This document shows, one piece after another, positions 8,777 through 16,596 of a DNA stretch of 25,568 nucleotides. This DNA is from Planctomycetaceae bacterium (lineage in GTDB: Bacteria > Planctomycetota > Planctomycetia > Planctomycetales > Planctomycetaceae). A model generated the notes under the pieces. It saw only the letters and a program-made list of their open reading frames with translations. It did not search any database and was not told the origin of the DNA. A program made the position numbers and the translations under genes. The first letter of the stretch is position 1; each line of letters opens with the position of its first letter. The stretch spans positions 1-25,568 of the forward strand of contig JANQRQ010000201.1 in the NCBI GenBank assembly GCA_028284485.1, in the 5' to 3' direction.

Positions 8777-9745
8777 CTAGTGTGTGCGTTGCAGGCCAAA
8801 TGAACGCTTAAGGATGTCCTCGTCCACCTGACCGAATCGATGGATTTGTCCGGTATCGACATTTTGAAAAATGATCGCAGCCGGACTAAACAGATGAGGA
8901 TCGATGGCATAAAAATCCCGGTTTGCCAATTCAAAGATTTCCATAAAACGCTTGCCGTATGCATTCGAAGAATTCGAGGGCACCTGCGGACCGATTTGCA
9001 GCAACGAATCGTCGTCGCCATTTACTAAAACGGTGACTGTTGCCCCGTAGAGGATGGCATCGTTGGTTCGGCCGATTCCCTCCAAGTCGTTCGCAGCGAC
9101 GGGAGGCAGTGGAGCAACTCCCCATGCACTTTGAACGCGGCGCGCGTCGAATCCCAATTCGAATAGTTTATGCAGCGCCGTTTCGACAGAACGCGAGACG
9201 ACCTGCAAATTACCGGCCTGACTTGAAGTCGGTGCGATAAGGAGCGTCACCGATTCGGGTGCGACGCCCGTTTTCTCCGCAATTTCCGCGAGAACTTCAC
9301 TGCCGGGGATACTTGCCGCTTCGAGTACGCCCACAACGTTTGTCGGCGATTCGCGATAATCCATTCGCTGGAATAACTCTTCGCGAGCAGCCGCGGCTCG
9401 CATTGGACCGGAACCCATTCCAAAAAACTCGCCGACACTAATTTGCCAACCGGCATATTGACTCAGCAAGCAAGCCTCGACCGGAAAATCGGACACAATC
9501 TGCACGCAGGGCCAGTCGTCGCCAGCAATTTTTCCTGGAACGACAGAAACCGCAGCCAGATCAGCGAGGCAAATCCGCGACAATTCCAAACCGGCCTGAA
9601 TTCCCCCGGGCACAGCGACACCAAAGTCGAATATCGTCCCCCCCCCGGGAACGGCTTGCTGATTGATCCGCAGACGGTCGGATTTCTCAGCGAGATTCTG
9701 TACGAGCTGGAAGGCTCGATCGTTGAGTCGGTCTTGTTCAGTCAT
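8777..9745 (-). CDS. mch: Methenyltetrahydromethanopterin cyclohydrolase
   Basis: 322 aa. Conserved Mch blocks are present: VPGGGTIFDFGVAVPGG, LSQYAGWQIS, GMGSGP, GVAPESVTLLIAPTSSQAGNLQVV, GRTNDAILYGA and DFYAIDPHLFSPA. Its length and domain order match bacterial Mch. Confidence 0.9.
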   Translation of the reverse strand: MTEQDRLNDRAFQLVQNLAEKSDRLRINQQAVPGGGTIFDFGVAVPGGIQAGLELSRICLADLAAVSVVPGKIAGDDWPCVQIVSDFPVEACLLSQYAGWQISVGEFFGMGSGPMRAAAAREELFQRMDYRESPTNVVGVLEAASIPGSEVLAEIAEKTGVAPESVTLLIAPTSSQAGNLQVVSRSVETALHKLFELGFDARRVQSAWGVAPLPPVAANDLEGIGRTNDAILYGATVTVLVNGDDDSLLQIGPQVPSNSSNAYGKRFMEIFELANRDFYAIDPHLFSPAAIIFQNVDTGQIHRFGQVDEDILKRSFGLQRTH

Positions 9746-9861
9746 CGTAATATCGCGTTTTTGGAATTCCCGTAATCATCCAACTTCGAGAAATTACGGC
9801 ATGTACCGTATCAAAATCGACCTTCGCGGGCATAGGAAATAGCAATTTGCTTGAGTACGGG

Positions 9862-10782
9862 TTAGAGAACGCCACATTCCAACATGATGGACCGCGTGCG
9901 CTCCTCTTGCTCCGTCGTCACCTGTGCAAAGGGCAGGCTCGTCGTTGCGGAGGATATGATTCTACGGATCTTCAAAGCAACCTTCATCGCGCCGACTGCA
10001 TAACCGGTATTACGTTCTCCCGTGGGTGGGATGAATACGTCGAAAAGATTTGCCATTGTGTTTTGCAACTCGACGGCCTGTTTCGATTCGCCCGCACGCC
10101 AGAAATTGTACAGCTCGACGAAAGGCTTCGCTGCCACGTTGGCCAACCCGGGCACAGCCCCTTCGGCTCCCGCCAGCAAGACCTGGTCGACCAACAATTC
10201 GGCACCGGTAAACATGGCAAACTGAGATGGCCGTTTCATCAGTAATCGCCGAAAGCCAACCGAGTCTCCGCTCGAATCCTTAACTCCGATAATCGTTCCC
10301 TCGCGTGCCAAGGTCAGCATGGTGTCGAGGTTGATCTTCACTTTCGTCGTGACCGGGATATCGTAGGCAATGATCGGAAGGTCGATCGCCTCTCGAATCG
10401 CGCGAAAATGTGACAAGACATGCTCTTGCGTCGCCGGAAAGTAGTATGGGGGGCAAACAACAACTCCATCTGCTCCCAATGACTGTGCAGTCCGAGCGGC
10501 TGAAATCACTCGATCGGTCGCAGGTTCAAGAACGCCGGCCAGAATGGGAATTTGCGAAGCGATTGTTTCTCGCGCGACCTCGAGACCTGCAATTCGATCC
10601 GATTCTTGCAGGTGCGGTCCTTCACCAGACGATCCGAATAAGAATACGCCATGAACGCCGGATTCAAGCATATAGCGGTACAGGCGCGCAGCCGATTCTC
10701 GGTCGAAGCGACCGCTATCGTTCAGTGGAGTTACGACCGGCGGGATGATCCCCCTCAGACGATCGTGCAGTTGATTGCTCAT
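9862..10782 (-). CDS. Dihydrodipicolinate synthase family (DapA/NAL-type class I aldolase)
   Basis: N-terminal GIIPPVVTPLNDSGRFDRESAARLYRYMLESGVHGVFLFGSSGEGPHLQESDR aligns to the DapA TPF...G(T/S)TGE block. The 306-aa length and TIM-barrel pattern fit the family. Whether it is the lysine-pathway DapA or a paralogue cannot be decided from the sequence alone. Confidence 0.75.
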   Translation of the reverse strand: MSNQLHDRLRGIIPPVVTPLNDSGRFDRESAARLYRYMLESGVHGVFLFGSSGEGPHLQESDRIAGLEVARETIASQIPILAGVLEPATDRVISAARTAQSLGADGVVVCPPYYFPATQEHVLSHFRAIREAIDLPIIAYDIPVTTKVKINLDTMLTLAREGTIIGVKDSSGDSVGFRRLLMKRPSQFAMFTGAELLVDQVLLAGAEGAVPGLANVAAKPFVELYNFWRAGESKQAVELQNTMANLFDVFIPPTGERNTGYAVGAMKVALKIRRIISSATTSLPFAQVTTEQEERTRSIMLECGVL

Positions 10783-11344
10783 GAGCGGGCTTCTTGATGT
10801 AGTCAGGAAGGTCCTGGGGCTGAAATCTCAGCTCAATGTCTCCCTGACAACATTCGCATAACTTGATTTCATACATGGGAATCGCGCAAATGTCGCACCA
10901 ATAATCGGTGTATTGCCGTCCCCCATTCTCATCGAAGGTGAACACCATTAAGACTTGCAAGTACGGCAGGCCGGATTTGCGTTGGCCGATTAGTTCCACT
11001 CGTCGATTGCGAAGCCGGTCATCCTGGTAAAACGCTCGCCCCCGCCAGTCCGGAACAATAGGAATGAGTCGGCCGTCGGACGTATCCAACACGATTTGCC
11101 CCGATAGCTCTTCTTCGTACGCATTCACGCCGCGTTTCTTCAATGCGTCGTGCAAGAATACGACTTCCCCACGAAATAGTTCTTTGCGAGTCGGCGGCGC
11201 TTTTGTTTCTGAAGCCTTCTTTTCGTCGACAGCCACGTCCTGGGTCTTGCTGGAAGCGCTGTCCGAGCGTTCGTCGCCACCTATAGCGACGCCGGCGGCC
11301 AACGTCATAAGCAGGGATACGACCGTGCTGAGTTTCGGCGTCAT
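10715..11344 (-). CDS. Secreted hypothetical protein with C-terminal Cys cluster (CDICAIPMYEIKLCECC)
   Basis: Signal peptide MTPKLSTVVSLLMTLAAGVAIGG. No recognisable family. Its last 68 nt overlap the start of the DapA-like gene in another frame. Confidence 0.5.
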   Translation of the reverse strand: MTPKLSTVVSLLMTLAAGVAIGGDERSDSASSKTQDVAVDEKKASETKAPPTRKELFRGEVVFLHDALKKRGVNAYEEELSGQIVLDTSDGRLIPIVPDWRGRAFYQDDRLRNRRVELIGQRKSGLPYLQVLMVFTFDENGGRQYTDYWCDICAIPMYEIKLCECCQGDIELRFQPQDLPDYIKKPAHEQSTARSSEGDHPAGRNSTER

Positions 11345-11357
11345 CGCAATCTACCTG

Positions 11358-12041
11358 TTATTCGAGTGCGCGACCGACAACAACAAAACGCAACGCGAGC
11401 GAATCAGCCTTGTCGCCGCGTTTCACTTGGCAGGGCAATGTTGCAATCCAAAAATCGTGATTCGAGTCGTGTTCTAACTCGGGCTTCTCCGGCTTCTTTT
11501 CCGTCGGAAGCATCGACAGAATTGCGGGATGCGTCGAACCAGCGGCCTGACCGCTTTTTTCGGAGAGCTCGTCTTCATTAGAAATTACGCCCGTACCATC
11601 GTCGATATTCGTCGGTAACGCCAATAGGAAATCGTACGTCTCGCTCGTACCGATGTGGTTACCATCCTCCGGCTGTCGGCCGTACCGCAACGTGTACAAA
11701 CCGGCGTTCAATTCTTGTCCACGAAAATCGGTGAATCCCCCCGAGGCATGGACGCGCAGCGCGCCGAGAAACTGCCCCGAAGCAAATGGATACTTCACCG
11801 TTAGAGTCGGGTTAAACTCGGCCGGGACTGAGATGTCCTTGCCGAACCAGATATCGCACACCGGGCCGTCCGGACCGACGACAGTAATCCCCTCGGGCCG
11901 CAACTGTTTCGCGACTCCCGCGGGCAATTCGGCCGGCAACTTCGAAATCGCATCGAGTTTGTGTGTCTCGGCAGCGGTGAGAGGCAGTGCTTGGACCAAA
12001 ATCAGTATTGCTATCGTGAGTATGCCCCAGTTTTTCATCAT
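11358..12041 (-). CDS. Secreted hypothetical protein
   Basis: Start MMKNWGILTIAILILVQALPLTAAE (Sec signal), preceded by GGAG 6 nt upstream. It lies 13 bp upstream of the next minus-strand gene. No recognisable motif. Confidence 0.55.
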   Translation of the reverse strand: MMKNWGILTIAILILVQALPLTAAETHKLDAISKLPAELPAGVAKQLRPEGITVVGPDGPVCDIWFGKDISVPAEFNPTLTVKYPFASGQFLGALRVHASGGFTDFRGQELNAGLYTLRYGRQPEDGNHIGTSETYDFLLALPTNIDDGTGVISNEDELSEKSGQAAGSTHPAILSMLPTEKKPEKPELEHDSNHDFWIATLPCQVKRGDKADSLALRFVVVGRALE

Positions 12042-12146
12042 GGTGCTCCAAACTATTCGACTGACAAGAGAGATTCCTTCAATTGCCGTTCTATGATCTC
12101 AATCAAATCGTAGACAGCTGAGAGGGTCTACTGCATCGGTATTCGT

Positions 12147-12181
12147 CAAAAAAAACGGGAAACCGAAGTCGCCGGTTTCCC
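12147..12181 (-). terminator. Rho-independent terminator (minus strand): 10-bp stem CGGGAAACCG / CGGTTTCCCG, 7-nt loop, then U8
   Basis: The plus strand reads AAAAAAAA-CGGGAAACCG-aagtcgc-CGGTTTCCCG. On the minus-strand transcript the perfect stem is followed by UUUUUUUU. It sits 85 bp downstream of the 12266 stop. Confidence 0.85.
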
Positions 12182-12265
12182 GCAAAACAGCGTACAACAC
12201 TCTGTGCACAATTTGGCTGATCTCGCTCGACCCCGACCGCAACGCGAAGCCAGGTGAGATGCAGC

Positions 12266-12937
12266 TTAGCGGCGAAATGTCGCCTGGAACGCACTTCGGA
12301 GGTTCAGGTTGTTCCAACGGCTGTCGAGGCCTTCACCTTGGTAGGCCATTTTGAGCGAGTAGACCGGTGTAAAGTTTTCGACTTCGTTCAGCGGCTGGTA
12401 GTAAATAATCTCGTTCGTGCAGACACAATCGTCTTTGGTCAATGCGCGCGTTTCAATTTGGGCCAGCTTTCCGGCCTTAAACGTACCAACGCCTGTGAGA
12501 TGATCATTTTTCAATTCGATGGGGGCCTTCTGAACTTTGACAATGTTCTCCGCGAGCTGGGGGGCATTGTCCTTAACAAAGCTGACCAAAGCATAATGCT
12601 GCTCTTGGGTTGCTCGTTCGTCGACAAGAATGACAGCGGCGACCCGGCCCGGTTTCATGGGAAATACGCCGTCACTACCCATAGTCTTCTCTGACCGCAC
12701 AATTAACGCGGCACCTAAACCATCGAGGGAAACGTTGTTCCACGTTCCTTCGTCGACTTTCCAGGCCATGACGGCCTCTTTGCCACACAGGTCCATTTCC
12801 GCGTTCGCGAAGCAGGGTCCGGTATAGACATTACAGGAGCGAGCTTCCAAGTATTCGCCGGTAATCTGGGCAGCGCTACCGACAGAACTGAACATGAATA
12901 CCAAAGCGACCGATGCAAGAGTCCGAAATGCCGTCAT
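12266..12937 (-). CDS. Secreted hypothetical protein with conserved Cys motifs (SCNVYTGPC...C, CVC)
   Basis: ORF 12266..13054. The preferred start is the ATG at 12937 (MTAFRTLASVALVFMFSSVGSAAQ = signal peptide) with GGAGGA 8 nt upstream. The track start would add 39 residues of non-signal leader. Confidence 0.6.
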   Translation of the reverse strand: MTAFRTLASVALVFMFSSVGSAAQITGEYLEARSCNVYTGPCFANAEMDLCGKEAVMAWKVDEGTWNNVSLDGLGAALIVRSEKTMGSDGVFPMKPGRVAAVILVDERATQEQHYALVSFVKDNAPQLAENIVKVQKAPIELKNDHLTGVGTFKAGKLAQIETRALTKDDCVCTNEIIYYQPLNEVENFTPVYSLKMAYQGEGLDSRWNNLNLRSAFQATFRR

Positions 12938-13106
12938 TTCGATGTTCCTCCGGAGAATAACAGCGATTTGGAAGCCCCGACGTTGCCGGAAGGCGACAAT
13001 CGACCAACTTTTTGCGTCGACGTCGGCAGACTGGTAGATCGTCTGCCCACACAAGATTCCGACGCGACCCCCTTATTCTTTCAAGAGTGAAGAAGATCGT
13101 CAAGAA

Positions 13107-13140
13107 AAGCCCTGCCGGATCTTCAGATCCGACAGGGCTT
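13107..13140 (-). terminator. Rho-independent terminator (minus strand) ending the Mo-hydroxylase operon
   Basis: AAGCCCTGCCGGATC-ttca-GATCCGACAGGGCTT is a 15-bp inverted repeat with one G-U wobble. On the minus transcript it is followed by UUUUCUUG. It lies 100 bp downstream of the 13240 stop. Confidence 0.75.
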
Positions 13141-13239
13141 GTCAGGTTCGTCGCGCGTCACCGCAAAGCGACAAATTCGTAATGTAACCCTGTTAATCCC
13201 GGGAATTTCGCCCAAGATTCACATTCCGGGCGGGGACTT

Positions 13240-13458
13240 TTAGGGAGTTTCGTAACAGGTCCGAGCAGCGTTTCGACAGTTTTCACCATCGCAAAGCTGA
13301 TCGTCCGGACCAAAAATCGTTTGAGTCTTGCCGCACCAAAAATGGCCGTCCCCAGCGGCTTCCTGGCCCGGGGGGAGTCCGTGATTGATATACAGCCCCT
13401 TCGAAAGGAGGCTTCGGCAACGCTCGCCAGTTTGAATCGTTTGTTGTTCGTCAGCCAT
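13240..13458 (-). CDS. Small (72 aa) cysteine-rich hypothetical protein, last gene of the Mo-hydroxylase operon
   Basis: Start MADEQQ at 13458 with GGAGG 9 nt upstream, 4 nt after the TAA of the FAD-subunit gene. Five Cys residues (C...WCGKTQTIFGPDDQLCDGENCRNAARTCY). The track's longer version (MINWKEV) would overlap the upstream gene. Confidence 0.55.
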   Translation of the reverse strand: MADEQQTIQTGERCRSLLSKGLYINHGLPPGQEAAGDGHFWCGKTQTIFGPDDQLCDGENCRNAARTCYETP

Positions 13459-13462
13459 GGCT

Positions 13463-14458
13463 TTAGAGACCTCCTTCCAATTTATCAACAGCCTTGAGCA
13501 GCGCGCGTTTCACGGCTGTACGGGCTAATTGCACTTTGTACGCGTTATTTGAAAGTGGCGTCGCCGTTGCAACGGCCAAGTCGCCGATCTCGCTAGCCGA
13601 CCTCTCGTTCAGTGGCCGACCGACGGCTTGCTTCGCCGCCTCGCGCGATAACCAGGGTGTCGGAGCGACATGCCCCAACACAATCGACGCGTCGCGAACG
13701 ATGTCGCCATCCATTTCGACACTGACAGAAGCCGATGCCAACGGCCAATCGAGACCTTCCATCTGCAACACTTCGTAAGTCGCACTTCGCTTGCGACCAG
13801 CACTCGGTAGCCACAGATGCGAAATCATTTGGCCCGGTTTGAGAACGGTCACCCCTTGGCTCGACAACCGCGGAGTAATGTAGAAGTACTCTAAAGGTAG
13901 GTACTCCTCGGCATCCGGTTCCGGGCCAATAACTCTGACACGGGCTCCCCAGGCAATCATCGCCGGCGCGAACCGAGACGCACTTACGAATTTCGCCGGA
14001 CCGGCGTTACCCAGGATCGCGTGATAGCGATTATCGCCGGCCTGCACCAACGATTCGCCATTGTCGTAGCCAAGCAGGCCATACCCATTGCGAAAATACC
14101 AACAGTTCGGCAAATGGCAGAGGTCGCCACCAATCGTTCCGTTGGCTTGAATCTGGATGGCCCGTGTGCCATCCACGACATCCAATAATGACCGATAATC
14201 GGCAGTCAGTGGATTGCTCGCCACATCTTCAAGCGTGGCGAGCGCACCGATCAGGACACCATCGTCGATGGGACGAATTCCGCGCATCGATTCGACTTGC
14301 TTAATGTCGACGACACGTTTCGGTCCGACCAAATCTCTTCGCAGCAGATTCATCAAGTCCGTTCCACCAGCGAGAACGGTGGTCTCGGAATCGTGATCGT
14401 TCAGCAGAGCGACAGCTTCGGCCTCGGTCTGCGGTCGGGCATATTCAAAGGATCTCAT
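13463..14458 (-). CDS. Molybdenum hydroxylase FAD-binding (medium) subunit, CoxM/XdhB/PaoB-like
   Basis: FAD_binding_5-type N-terminus (TTVLAGGTDLMNLL, GALATL, TIGGDL) plus the CO-dehydrogenase flavoprotein C-terminal domain. The ATGA start overlaps the stop of the Moco-subunit gene. Confidence 0.85.
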   Translation of the reverse strand: MRSFEYARPQTEAEAVALLNDHDSETTVLAGGTDLMNLLRRDLVGPKRVVDIKQVESMRGIRPIDDGVLIGALATLEDVASNPLTADYRSLLDVVDGTRAIQIQANGTIGGDLCHLPNCWYFRNGYGLLGYDNGESLVQAGDNRYHAILGNAGPAKFVSASRFAPAMIAWGARVRVIGPEPDAEEYLPLEYFYITPRLSSQGVTVLKPGQMISHLWLPSAGRKRSATYEVLQMEGLDWPLASASVSVEMDGDIVRDASIVLGHVAPTPWLSREAAKQAVGRPLNERSASEIGDLAVATATPLSNNAYKVQLARTAVKRALLKAVDKLEGGL

Positions 14459-16596
14459 GCTTGACCTCCTTTCAGCGCTTCGAGGACTCGCTGGGGAGTC
14501 ATGGGGAGGACCGGCACTCTCACGCCGATCGCATTGGCAACCGCATTCGAAAGGGCACCACCGCTGGAAATCACGGGTGGTTCCCCCAGTCCGATAACAC
14601 CACGATCGTATTCGCTATCGGGCTGATACATTTCGGCAACCAATTCCCCCACATCACCGATGCGCGGCAATTTATAGTTTTCCAGGTCGGCGTTGATAAA
14701 CCGGCCTGTGTTGTTGTCCATGACTTGTTCTTCGCTTAAGGCATAAGCGATTCCCATGATCATGCCACCAAGAACTTGGCTTTTTGCCGTCAGCAGGTCG
14801 ATGATCAGTCCACAGTCCTGAACACAAACAAACTTGTTGACGCGGATAATTCCGGTTTCCGTATCGACCGAAACATCGGCCATTTGGACACCACCCACGC
14901 CTTGATCCGTCAGACCGTCGTCTTTCGGCCCAGTCCCTTGAACTTCCAAAGGCATGGGACCAATCAATCGGCAAGCCTGCGTCCAACTGCAGATCGTCTT
15001 TCCGCCGGAACGGAAATAACCATCTTTGGCTTCAACGGAATCGGCATCGACACCATATTTGGCGGCGACGAGATCCATAATTTTCCAAAGCGCTTCTTGC
15101 GACGCCCGCCGATTGGGTCCGCTGACCCCGCCGACCGTGGTACTGCCGCCCGAAGGCCCCGATTTGGGATAGGCGTTCGAGCCGACGTGCACTTTGACTT
15201 TCGACATGGGAATGCCGAACGTTTCGGCGATTGTCATGGCGATGATGGTCTTCGTGCCGGTCCCCAAATCCTGGCTGCCGCCATACGATTCGACGGTGCC
15301 GTCACTGTGAACCTTGAGCTGACAAATGGCAGCGTGCGCTCGACCACCCCACGTGTGCAGGGCCATGCCGACACCGCTTTTAACTCCGCCTCGGCTTTCG
15401 CCTTTGCCGTGCGGATGCCACTTCGCCTTCCAATCAATAATCTTGGCGCCGACTTCCATTTCTGCGGCGTAGACATCAGGGCGCTCGGTTTTATCGAGGT
15501 TCTTCTTGAACAGGTCGTAACTGTCCATTCCCAATTTGTCGGCCAAGTCATCCATCGCCGTCGCGGTCAATGCCGAAAGCTGTGGATGGTTGGGGGCACG
15601 CCAAGCTTGGTTCGGACCTCGGTTGCAGACAATTCCGGTCGCCTTGCGGTTTCGATTTTCGATTTCGAAGACGTACGGAATCAAGCTGAGCCGAACGACA
15701 GAACCGTTGATACCACTGGTTCCCCAGTGATGACTGTCCCAAGCAGTGATATTCCCGTCGGCATCACCGGCAATCGTCACTTCAGCGAAACCAGACGGCC
15801 GGTTACCGGCAATCTTCAGTTCCGTCGACCGATCAAGCATCAATCGCACCGGGCGTCCGGCCTTCTTGGCTAGCTGAGCACAGGCCAAGCCCCATTCACC
15901 GGCTTGAAACTTAGAACCGAATCCACCGCCGATGTAGTTACAAATAATCGAAACGCTGCTTTCGTCGATCCCTAGTGGGCCGGCGAATTGTCCACCCGTT
16001 CCCGAAACGTTTTGGGTCGAAAGGTGAACAGTCAAATCTTCATCGCCCGTGAATTCACAGTGAGAACCGTGAGGCTCCAGGCACATATGGGTAATCGTGT
16101 TGATACCGTAGTAACCCTTATGCACGACTTTCGCCGCCGAAAGTGCCGCTTCGACGTCGCCTTGGGTGTTTTCACCCTGTGGTTTGGTGCGACCTGCTGC
16201 TTCCGCGGCTTCGAGATTGTCGTCATCGACGAAAAACTCAGAAGGTTCATAGGAAACTTCGATGGCCCGCACGGCGTCTTCGGCAATTTCCGGCCGCTCA
16301 GCCGCCACTGCGGCAAGCAGAGTGCCTTCGTAGCGGATTTCCGCCCCTTCGCCGTTGAGAACATGAACGGCATGGACGCCTTCCATTTCTTCAGCGGGAG
16401 CGACGTTCAGCCGGGTGACTTTTCCAGCCGCAATCGTCGCGGTTAATAGTTTCGCGTAGAGAGTACCTGGTGTATTGATATCCGCCGTATACTTGGCAGC
16501 ACCGGAAGCCTTTCCAACGCCGTCAATGCGCTGAACTTCGCTTCCAATCAAGCGGTTTTCGCTACGAGGTCCCCAACCAATCGTTCGTTCAGCCAT
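14455..16596 (-). CDS. Molybdenum hydroxylase molybdopterin-binding (large) subunit, aldehyde oxidase/xanthine dehydrogenase family
   Basis: GGGFGSKF Moco motif. N-terminal LIGSEVQRIDGVGKASGAAKYTADIN (a/b hammerhead). C-terminal GLGEPPVISSGGALSNAV. The preferred start is MAERTIGWG at 16596 (GGGAGG 9 nt upstream). The track start at 16662 would overlap the 2Fe-2S gene by 115 nt. Confidence 0.85.
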   Translation of the reverse strand: MAERTIGWGPRSENRLIGSEVQRIDGVGKASGAAKYTADINTPGTLYAKLLTATIAAGKVTRLNVAPAEEMEGVHAVHVLNGEGAEIRYEGTLLAAVAAERPEIAEDAVRAIEVSYEPSEFFVDDDNLEAAEAAGRTKPQGENTQGDVEAALSAAKVVHKGYYGINTITHMCLEPHGSHCEFTGDEDLTVHLSTQNVSGTGGQFAGPLGIDESSVSIICNYIGGGFGSKFQAGEWGLACAQLAKKAGRPVRLMLDRSTELKIAGNRPSGFAEVTIAGDADGNITAWDSHHWGTSGINGSVVRLSLIPYVFEIENRNRKATGIVCNRGPNQAWRAPNHPQLSALTATAMDDLADKLGMDSYDLFKKNLDKTERPDVYAAEMEVGAKIIDWKAKWHPHGKGESRGGVKSGVGMALHTWGGRAHAAICQLKVHSDGTVESYGGSQDLGTGTKTIIAMTIAETFGIPMSKVKVHVGSNAYPKSGPSGGSTTVGGVSGPNRRASQEALWKIMDLVAAKYGVDADSVEAKDGYFRSGGKTICSWTQACRLIGPMPLEVQGTGPKDDGLTDQGVGGVQMADVSVDTETGIIRVNKFVCVQDCGLIIDLLTAKSQVLGGMIMGIAYALSEEQVMDNNTGRFINADLENYKLPRIGDVGELVAEMYQPDSEYDRGVIGLGEPPVISSGGALSNAVANAIGVRVPVLPMTPQRVLEALKGGQA

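Noticed and set aside
14776-15873. 365-aa plus-strand ORF (also 21593..22087, 23224..23976, 12254..12694, 3524..3907 and similar)
   Set aside because: They lie antisense within well-supported genes (Moco subunit, sthA, SPFH, PSD1). They have low-complexity Arg/Gly/Ser-rich composition typical of GC-rich antisense frames, and no start context or motifs.
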